Positions 34,836 to 45,200 of a stretch of 64,000 nucleotides of DNA are shown one piece after another (position 1 is the first letter of the stretch; each line of letters starts with the position of its first letter). The translations under genes and the position numbers were made by a program. The stretch is from a virus (taxonomy: Duplodnaviria > Caudoviricetes). Location: positions 9,024 to 73,023 of the IMG/VR virus record IMGVR_UViG_3300032257_000008; one strand, given 5' to 3'. The notes beneath the pieces were generated by a model. It was given only the letters and a program-made list of their open reading frames with translations. It did no database searches and was not told the origin of the DNA.

Positions 34836-35066
34836 ATGAATAATATTAACCTAATAATGCAAAAGTTAAATGAAGCTGAAAGTGTTATTCGAGGTAATAG
34901 ACTTGATAAAGAAGACTTCGAGCTTGCTCGAGATAAGCTATTTAAAATTGCAAAAACTTTACAAATTACACTTAACCCTAAATCACTGAGGACTACCCAT
35001 GAAAATAAATTGGAAGTTAGTAGCAAAGTCCACCGGTTACCAGTCGATGAAGGCAGCAGTAGCTGA
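34836..35066 (+). CDS. hypothetical protein
   Basis: 76 aa; overlaps the next ORF by 68 nt. Confidence 0.45.
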   Translation: MNNINLIMQKLNEAESVIRGNRLDKEDFELARDKLFKIAKTLQITLNPKSLRTTHENKLEVSSKVHRLPVDEGSSS

Positions 35067-35517
35067 TGAAGCTAAAAGGTGTGCTAAATTTAAACGTAAA
35101 CCTGATGAACGTTATCAAGAAGCTTTTGAATTTGCTATTCATAGAGCAAAGCATTTTGTAGTTGAAGGTTTAAAACGTCTTAATAAATACCCAGCTGATG
35201 TAAAAGATAACACAGTAATACTTATAGATATTTTAGATAAATGGGAATGTGAACGTAACTATAATTTCCTGAATTTTTATTCTGATCATCACTTATCTAA
35301 AAAACATTCTGGTGTTTTAAAAGATTGGGGCATACGTAAATATATAAAAAATATAAAAACTGACTCTTGGTACGCCAGAGATCCAAAAGAAAGAGCTGAT
35401 AGAATCCGCGATGTTATCAAACGTTTCCAAACAAGCAAGCGTGTTAAAGGTAAAGCTCGTTGGAACAATCGTCAAAGAATATATAGAGCCGATAAAATTA
35501 AATACGGCTGGAAATAG
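34999..35517 (+). CDS. basic hypothetical protein
   Basis: GAGGA SD; 172 aa, Lys/Arg-rich. Confidence 0.7.
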   Translation: MKINWKLVAKSTGYQSMKAAVADEAKRCAKFKRKPDERYQEAFEFAIHRAKHFVVEGLKRLNKYPADVKDNTVILIDILDKWECERNYNFLNFYSDHHLSKKHSGVLKDWGIRKYIKNIKTDSWYARDPKERADRIRDVIKRFQTSKRVKGKARWNNRQRIYRADKIKYGWK

Positions 35518-35747
35518 AATCTGTAAGCTGATTACCGGAAGGGAAATACGGCAGATTAATTAGAGAGTTGAGTCTTGAAAGATCATATGCCTAAGTACCG
35601 GACTAGAAGGGGGGGTTCCGTTAAACTCAAATAAAACGGAAATATCCTTCTTTCTGAAGACCGCATAAAGTCCACATGAATATACCTTTGTAGCTAACGT
35701 GATACACAGTTTAATCAGCAAGGTATGTGGACACCCCACAATTTTTT
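35518..35747 (+). ncRNA. candidate structured RNA region (three domains; ACTCAAATA in a loop)
   Basis: aatctg/cagatt; agaagg/ccttct enclosing ttccgtt-aaactcaaataa-aacggaa; rod gtccac-atacctt-gct-aac-gtg / cac-gtt-agc-aaggtat-gtggac; ends in a T run. Confidence 0.45.
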
Positions 35748-35774
35748 TAATATTTATTAACCAAGGTAAACATT

Positions 35775-36071
35775 ATGTCTATCACAATTAAGTTAGAAAA
35801 TGATGGTATCGAGGAAGCTTTACGTGATTACGTAGAGAAACTTGGTATGAAAATGGAAGGTAAAACTGCCACTATCAAATTAACCGCAGGTCGCGGTGAA
35901 GGTAAAGGTCATTCTGCTGAAGTTACTATTTCTGATACAGAACAAAAGCAAACTGAAGTACCTGCTGCTGTAACTGAAACTGAAACACCTGTTAAAGAAG
36001 AACAACCTGTAGCTGAAGAAAGTGAAAATTCTGAACCAGCAACTGTTGGTTTATTCAATAAGCCAGAATAA
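35775..36071 (+). CDS. N4 gp48-like hypothetical protein
   Basis: IEEALRDYV...LTAGRG..G.SAEV.I, acidic tail, terminal LF motif; position before vRNAP. Confidence 0.7.
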   Translation: MSITIKLENDGIEEALRDYVEKLGMKMEGKTATIKLTAGRGEGKGHSAEVTISDTEQKQTEVPAAVTETETPVKEEQPVAEESENSEPATVGLFNKPE

Positions 36072-36074
36072 ATT

Positions 36075-36245
36075 ATGATTTGGGATATTATCAAGACAGC
36101 TATAGTAGTTGTAGTAATTCTAGCTTTATGGGTGATAATCCCTTTTCTAATAATTACTGTAACTACAGCTGTTATCGCATTTGTAGTTTATAAAGTTTTA
36201 TCTGAACACCGGAAGTATCTTAAAGATCATCCCGATGCCAGGTAA
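36075..36245 (+). CDS. small membrane protein (56 aa; not in ORF track)
   Basis: Long hydrophobic stretch; stop abuts the vRNAP stop (convergent). Confidence 0.65.
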   Translation: MIWDIIKTAIVVVVILALWVIIPFLIITVTTAVIAFVVYKVLSEHRKYLKDHPDAR

Positions 36246-39200
36246 TTATTGAACTACTCCATCCAGTAGTTCGTAGCCTCCAAGGTATGTAGCTGAATCA
36301 ATCACATCCAATGGGGTGTTAAGTCTCCCTATGATGCTTGAGGTGATCAAGTTTGAATCAGCGATATCTGATACGTCCCCGAACATTTCTTGTAGAGAAT
36401 ATACTGCAAGGGATGTTGCGGGTTTTTCTTTAAAGTTTTTAAAGATTACTTTCTGAATTCTGAATAAGAATTTAGTAAACATTAGTAAACCTACATCATT
36501 GATATACTGCATTTCTCTACCAGTTGGTATGTCATAGTTTACAAATGTCTCAATAATATCTGCTAACGCTTCATCTTTAGGCATCTTATTAGTATTAATA
36601 TTATGTTGATACAAAGCGTAACGTGCAATGAAATCACTATACTGTGTACCACGTAATAATAATTTATAAGCTGCAGTATCATGAGTCATATAAACTTGCT
36701 TATAACTATCAATACCCAGACCAGGTATCTTATCGATAATTGGTTGAGCTTTACGTAGTAGTTGCTCCTTCTGACCATATATAGATTCATCAACATTTAC
36801 ATCTTCAGTAATACTTTGGAATATGCCCTCATCAACTAATTCTTTAACAGGGTTATTCTTAATATTATCTTTAAGCTGTGCTACTTCTGCTTCCATAGAT
36901 TTACGTTGACCAGGTGAGAGATCATAAGTTTTTAATCTACGCTCTAAACCATTCTTTTCTTTTACCTCAGTCATGAAATCATTAAGTGCACGTAGTGCTA
37001 GTGATTGTTGCTTAACAATATCACTTAATGGAACACCTTTAACATATAGTAATAAGTTGTTACTGTTAATATTACCTAGTAATACAACACCAGACTTAAT
37101 AACAATATTGTCTTTAGCAACACTAACAACTTCTTGTAATGTCTGTCCAAATTTACCTGAGAAGTTATTAATATTAAAGAAAGTACTCGCAATACCATTT
37201 ATTAACTGTGCAGTATGCTTACCAGCTTCTTTACCAAATAACTTAAACTCCTCAAGTGAATACTTACGATATCCAAAAATCAGATCCACAAGTTCTTCAC
37301 GAACAACCATATTATTTTCACCCCAGATTGCCTTAAGATCTTTTTTCATCTGATCAGGCATCATGTTGTAAATTTCTTTATAGCGTTCATCCTTACTATC
37401 TTCACCAATTTTTACAAATCCAGCTGGGTCCTCAGCAAATCCCTCAATATAATCTTCTCGAGCTAATTTAAGTACATTACGATTTACTTCTACAGTGTTA
37501 GCTTTATCTACAATACTGCCATACATCTTACCCATGATTACATCAAAGCGATCATCCTTCTCCAGTAATTTAACCTTATTGGTTTCAGACATCATGTACC
37601 GGTAGCCAACAGTTGCACCTTTATCATTAGTGATAGGTACCAGAGTTCCATACCGTTTACGTCTGCTTTTATTTGGTTTAGTCACATCTGGGTTAGCAAA
37701 CTGAGCATCTATTCTATTCTCAGCTGCATCCATTACTTTATTACGGTCTAATAATGCATCCAGAGTAGCAGTACTATCACCTTCATTTATGTAAGCATCA
37801 GCCAGGGTAGTACCTTTTACTTTACGGTCTGTGAGTGAAGCAATTGATTTCAAATATGTATCTGTCGATTGATTCTTAGATATATAAAGTACGGATGTGT
37901 TCGTATTCGGGTCCATCTCAGATTTCTTAAGTTCCGATACCGGTGTGAATCCCTCGAGGGCGAGAGTTGCCTCATCATCTTTAGTGCCAACTCGTATTGT
38001 TGTGTTTGGATTAAAGATTTCATGAGTATATCCTTTTATCATAAGCCCCTTTTTACCACTAAATATTCGATTTAAGGCATTTTCTTTAAATCCTTTATGG
38101 AAGTTCAAAGTCATCAAAATTCCATTATCAGTAGAATCTGCCGCATACTCAGCACGTATTACCCGGGCAGCTGCATTCTTATTTCCATTCTCTGTGAAAT
38201 CTAATGCATATAACGTAGCTAATTGGTCTATAAGCTGTTCTGCAAGCTTAGTGTCCCCATTGGGTGTACGTTCCCCTAAACTCGTCATATTGGCTATATT
38301 GTGGGCATTGAGCATCTGTGTAGCATCTGCTTCAGTTGTGCCCTGTGCCATGAGCTCACCTAATCCTCTAGCCTGATTAATATAATAATTAGCACTGTTG
38401 CCAAAAGTAGTATCCAACTGAAGTTTAGTATCACTGATAGCGTCATTTAGTTTCACCTGATTTTCCATTAGGTCTATTACATCATTAATATCCATACCAC
38501 CCTCTAACAGGGTCACCAGGTCAGTTTTCAATACAGCACGGTTAATTGCCGCACTATCCTGCTCTGTGTACTCTGTGTGGAACGTATTGATGATCTGAGC
38601 TGTTATCTCTTCAGCTTCATGGCGTCGCGCCTGGTCAATGTATTTCTTAGAATAACGCAGCATTGAGTGCCACTTAATATTATTCTTAGTAGTACCTACA
38701 CCTTCCCGAACCAACTTAACTAACATACTGTCCTCCGCAATCTTAAGATTACGTGATACAGCTTTGACTGCTTTACCAAAATTTTCTGCAGTAGCAGATA
38801 CCGGTAGGCCTGTAATAGTTTTTAGAGCTCTACCCGTAATAGATTTACTATCTTTCAAACGTTCATTATGGAATTTAATGATTGGCTGGAAAATCAGATT
38901 ATTTAAATGATTCTTCAGTTCTTCATTGTATCCCTGCAGTATATCCAGCTTTTTGTATAGAGCTGTACGATTCTTAGTATGAATACCGGTCATCTCTTCA
39001 ACCAGACGTACTAATGCCTGATCTGCTTTCAGACCCTGGGTGCCATAGAATCTACCACTTAACCAGTCCAGTAATTTTAAGAAGGCTGCTTCCAGTCTTT
39101 CTTTTAGGGATCCGTGTTTAGTATCTCGTTGAGGTCCTGCCTCTACTTGTGATAATTTTTTAAGTAGCTGCTGATTGGTGAGTCCGTGAGCCACAAATTC

Positions 39201-42200
39201 ATGAAGGAAGTTATTACTCGACTCACGAATTGTATGACCAGTCTTAGGATCAACTTTAGTTGTTTCAGTTTGCTGTGTATTCTCGAATATATACTCATAA
39301 CGAGCCTTAGCAGCTGCTTCTTCTGCTTGTTGATTAACAGCAATAATAATATTGCCTTGAGCATCCCGGGCCATAAAATCTTCCCAGGTAATTACTTTCT
39401 TCGCTTCACGGAATACTTTTAATAGTTCCTTACGAATATTAAAGTTACCATCAACACCTTCACGGGTAATAGCATGCACTAACTCATGTACATACGTTTC
39501 CTGCGCACTCATCTGTGTAGCGTTACCAACATTACCAATAGCTGAGTTGATATAAACCTTATTACCTTTTATGGCACCGTAGGTAACATCACCATCTTCT
39601 TTAAGTTTAAGTTCTAATTCCTGGGCCGGGTTTAATACACGGTTAACCAAATCAGTTAGTAAACTCTTAAGATGAGTAGTATGTGTCTGTGGATCTTTAA
39701 CATTACCTAAGTTCTTAAGTTCATTAAATACTGTAACAGTGTTCTGAGATGTGATATCACGCTCAAAAGTACTATTAAAGTTATCAAAATCAATCGCATC
39801 CGGAATGGACTGTAATAATTTATCGATAGCCTCCTGAATCTCAGATTCAGTCGGAGCTTCCACAGGCGCATTATGAGTGTACGTAGCACCCGGGTGAGGC
39901 ATTTGAGCTACATTAATTGGCCCAGTAAATAACTTATCTCGATTTTCTTTTGAAACTGATACTTCAGTAGATAAATCAGCAGTAAGTTCTTCAATAGAAC
40001 GCCCCTGGGTACCAGCAGAATAATCCAATTGTACCTGCGTATTGAATGCGCTATAAGCAGCTGGGTCTTCCAGACGGAACTGAGCCATAGAATCTACAAA
40101 GGCTTCATGTACTGCTTCCAAAATAGAGTATTGCTCATTGACATCAATCCAAGATTTGTTAAATGCAGTAGTAGCGTCAACCACATCATCTAGTTTGTAA
40201 TAGCCGGCATCAAATACATTTAGAGCATCGAAATTTTTAAGCATACCCTGTATGACTGCACTATCGATCGAATGGATCGCTAGGATCATAGGCGCCACAC
40301 CACCATCTTTATACTCACGCTGAGACACAGTACCAGTAACCTGTTTAGTGCCCTCACCAGTGTTAATATTTAGGGTGTTTTTAACAGGTTCATTATAAAC
40401 CTGAGTAACCTGGTTATCCTCGGTATAAGTTCTGGATAACACAGTCTTCATACCAAGAATACCTTCCTGACGATTCTCAGATAATGGCCCTTTAAACGTA
40501 GGTTGGTATGCTTGTAACTCTTCAGCTACAGCTTTCTTTTGGTTCTCAGTAAGAGCTTTACCATTATTATCAACAACAGCTTGTTCAACCCGGGCATCAT
40601 AAAGTTGTTTAAATACATTAAACATTACCTTCATGGTGTCATTTACAGTTTTACGGTATACAACGAAATCCCCGAATTGCTCATCTAATGCTGCTTTTAA
40701 AGCAACACCATATGTATCGGTGACTTTACCCTTAATGAGATTAATTTGTTCTGAAGAAAGCTCAAAATTCAATGCTTTCTGACCACCAGGAATAGCATTT
40801 AATAATTGGCGAGCAACATCTTTATCGCTGATTCCTAGCAATCCATTTAGAGTTGTCTGAACTACTTTTAATTTATCTGGATCATTACGATGTTTCATAA
40901 CGTCAGAATAAATTAATTTAATAATATCATTACTAAACTCTTCAATTACTTTATCTACAGCTGAACCATAGTTAGTAATCATCAAAGGGTTCTTACTTAA
41001 GTTACGAGCTGTCTTTGCTACAATTTCATTCTTAGCATCTGACAGGAAAGAGCCCACTAATTTATTAACTGCAGCTGCATCTTTACGATTATCTACCTGC
41101 TGTAACATTTTACGCCAGCCAATAGCTAAACGCTCATAACTATCTTTACCACCTTCATCTTTGTACTGGCCATAGTCAACCATAGTTAAATCAGTAAATA
41201 CTCCACCAGCATTTAACTTAGCAAGATCGTCAGCACCGGTCATAGCCTGGATAGTACCAATAATTATTCCACTGGTTTTACCATCAGTCTCATTTGCCAG
41301 GTTAGTAGTAAATGGTTTAGTTGGGTGGTATTGAGTTAATGCTATTAAAGCATCAAGCGTATGCATACCTTCCCCACCATGAGAAATAGCATCTTTAATT
41401 AACTGCTTATGTTCAGCTGTACCATTACCTTCCTGTACTGCTTTAAGTGCTTCAACACCTGCTTGTACAGTTTCATTATTTATTAGTAATTCAACTTCTA
41501 ATAAAGTTTTAAGGGCCGGCTGTGAATCTACATCTAAACCAAAAGCTAAACCAATAGCATAACGGAACTCATCCCGGAGCTCTGCAGTATCGATTGTAGT
41601 TTCCCAGGCTTTAGCACCAAATACATGGCGGTGTATTTTACTTTTCTGTAAAGAGATCGTGTTACTGGTATCACCAATACGACCATTTTTCCAAGCTTCA
41701 TACTGGAAATATACTGATTTAGTTAAATCATCAGCATGCTCTTCTTGAAAATTAAATATGTGCCCAATCTCACGCTCGAGAGCTTCGTTCTTACCTATAG
41801 CGTTATCCTGCTCAGAGATATGAACTGTGTTTTCAATATCATTGTTGTAACCATTAATTTCTAATAGGTCTGCTTCCCCTAAGAAATCAATTACATCAAA
41901 CATATTTTGTTTAGCAGACCACTCGACTGCTTGCATTTTAACTATTGTGTCCTGAACATCCTTAGGTACATTTTGGTTAGTACCTTTTTGTTTCTTAGGT
42001 GCATGCGTAGATTTCTCAGTAAGTGGTTTGACTTCATATGATTCGACCCCAAATAATGATTCAAGCAAACCTTTACCATCTTTTAAACTATCACGAATAT
42101 AAGTGATCTTTTTAGATGGGTATAAACGATTAAGTTCAGCTTTACCTGACTTCGGATTTATTTTTGTATTATTTACTTTTATAAAATTAGATTTAGATTC

Positions 42201-45200
42201 GTTATTTTCAGAGATACCTTTAAACTCATCTGCTTCAATTGTTTTTTGACTTACAAAATCATTATTCAACATAGCAGTAATAGCTAACTCACCTAGAGAT
42301 AACTTTAATCTTGCTTCTAATTTACCGTCAGTAGTTACTTTAGTTTGTAACCCAAGCTGCTTATAAATATCATTACCAAGTAACTCCGCTAAACTATTAC
42401 GAGGTGTTCCTGCATGTTGTAATAACTCTCGCTCGTCAGGTGTAATGTCTATATTATCTTCATATCGAAGTATTTTACGAATTGCTTCGTCATCATTAAA
42501 TAGTGTACGACTACCTTGAGTACCTAACCAATTATAAGAACTGATAGCTGCAGCACTTAGTAAGTTTTTGTTAAGTGTACGGTTACCATCCAGATCCACT
42601 TGGATCAGATAACCTAACGGATCTTTAACTAAATCTTCATCATAAACTAATGAGTTCTTAACTAAGAACTTAAGTAATGGTTTAGTAGCTTTATCCCCTA
42701 AAACCGTATTAGTAAATAAAGTATTGAATTTCTGAAGCCCAGTGAGCGTAGCGGTCTGGGGTTCAGATAATTCACTTAACTTATTAGTAACTTTATCACT
42801 AGTTAAATTATTAAATAAATCAGGCACTACATTAAGTAGTCCTGTTAGTTTCTTAGTACTACGTTGTAATAAACTATCACTGGTATGCTTATAATCTTCA
42901 TCAGATAATTTTTGTTTAGTAGCTTTTAAGCCGTTCACTAAAATAGATTCAGCAATAGCACTTTCTGCACTGAACTCTACTGTCTTGTCAGTCTCTGAGT
43001 CACGTAATTTTTTGACTTCAGATTTAATCCAAGTTTCAGCGTCCTTACTAAGGGTCGTTTTACTCTCAGCATTTAATACATCCTCCAGACGTTTAATTAT
43101 CTTCTGACGATGAGCATGTGCTGCAGGATTAGATAATTCCAGTCCAGCTAACTCATCACGGTAATTACCCACCTTATTATCAGTAGGTGCTGTAGTTTCT
43201 TCAGTAGTACCTGTAACTCTACTTGCTTTAGTCTTCTCAGATCTACGTGTAACAGACGCAACAAATTGAGCCAAGTTATCTGCAGCAGCAGCCGATACTT
43301 CCTCACCCTCAGCAATACGTTGAATTCTAGCTTCTACATTCGCACGTTTCTTAACTTGAGCTGGGGTAATATCTTTATCTTCAATATTTTGTAAGCCGGC
43401 TAATATAGGAGCAGCATTACTTTTATTGATTCTATTTACCGGTAAATTTTCTGCAGCTTTTCTTTCCGGTAGGGGGTAGCCTTCATTATAAGCAGCCTGA
43501 GCTTTCTCTTTGGCTACTTTCAATCCAGCAATATCATTCTTAACAGCAGCAATAAATTTAGGAGTACGTGCATTAATAAAATATGGTTTCTTACGGCCCG
43601 GCCAATCTACAGTAGTCTCACCAGTAATTTTTCCTGAGGAGTCTGTAATTGAAGCTACAGCAGTTTCCAATAAGTTTAATTTCTTTTCCTGGCTTGCCTG
43701 GAATGCAGATAATTCATTAATAGTACTTTTAGCTGTTTCAATATCTCCAGAATTCACTGCAGTTTGAACAGTTTCCAATTGCTCTGTAATACCTTTAAAG
43801 CCTTCACTACCCTTAGCAATATCATTTGATACTTCAGAGAGTGTTTTAAGACTTTCTTTATATTGCTCCACCTGAGCAACTTGCTCTTTGGTAGCAACAT
43901 CTTGGAATATTTTACTTTCTAAAATTGCATCAACTTCAGCTTCTGTAATCTCATTTGAAGTTTGCATAGACGCAAGTGTACGCTCTACAACTTTATCAGT
44001 AATAGAATCTGTTTCATTAGCAGCAGTAATAGTACGGACCGCTTCCTGAGTAGTTACACCATGCTCTTCTTTATCCTTAAGAGATTTATGTATCTTAAGC
44101 ATATCTGTGTAAATTTCAGTATTACGATCATCTTCTTCTAAAGCTTTACTTTGCTCAGCTCCCTCTAATTTAGAGGTACGATCAGATACTTCTATTAATG
44201 CAGTACGTAACTGGTTTAAGTGTTCTTTGCGTTTATCAGCAGATAACTCTGTAATATCTAAATTAGTTATTGTATTAATAACTTTATCTGGATCATTACT
44301 TTCTACAGCTTCGGTAATAACAGCCTCTTTATCTTTATTAAGAGCACTCTTAAATTTATCAGTAGTAGAAGCTACTGCGTCTTTAGTAGTAATGCCAGCA
44401 TCAATAGTTTTACCAATATTTTCTGGTAAATCTTTAACTGCTTGTGCACCGGTACCACCAACTACACCAGAACCTAAACCAAGTGTTCCTGCCACATAAG
44501 CTTTTTTCTGTACGTCCTTATCAGTAAGTACATCTAAATCTTGTTGGCCACCTAACTCAGCCAGTATAGTTTGTGAGCCTTCTTCTATTGGTTCCGCTGC
44601 ACCACCTTTTGCTCCTCGAGCAACGGTAGCTGTTAGCGGTATTTTATCTACAGTTTTAACACCTGCAGCTGCAGCTTTCATAGTAGTACTAACAATTGGA
44701 TTTGCTGCTAAACTTTTTAAACTTTGGTTTACAGCTAAACCTAATGGGCCAGTACCTAATGCCTTATCGAATACTGGTTTGCCTAAAACAATTTTAGAAG
44801 CTGCGGTATCAATTAAAGTAGCAGCTACACTGGTACCAAGAATTGTTGCAGACTCTTCTGTATTTGGTTTACGACCATACTTCTGCTCAAATATTTCTGT
44901 AGACTCTCGAGCATTTTCCCCAGTAATAGCAATAAAGGTAGCAGCACCCTGCATACCATTTTTAGCAAGAGCAACCATCTGAGGTAATGATTGAGCAAAT
45001 TGCTCTGCAGCAGCCACAGGATTATTTTTAGCAGTAACTAGCATGTTACCGACACCTTCAATAAATCCTTCACTATCTTCAAATGCTTGGCCAGCTTCAG
45101 CAGCAAATTGATTAACTTTAGTTTGGTTATAAAGAGGATCTGTTAATTCAGTGAAATCAGCATCATAACCATTTTGCTTACCAGCAAATAACTCTGTAGC

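Noticed and set aside
35621-35640. Similarity of TTAAACTCAAAT to 16S rRNA (907 region) and of CAAATAAAACG to the rrnB T1 terminator
   Set aside because: Short AT-rich matches only, with no flanking homology
35525-35700. SAM-II riboswitch or SRP-like words (GCTGATT..ACCG, TGTAGCTAA, CCGGAAGG)
   Set aside because: Spacing is far too long for SAM-II, and the SRP CAGG/AGCA internal loop is absent
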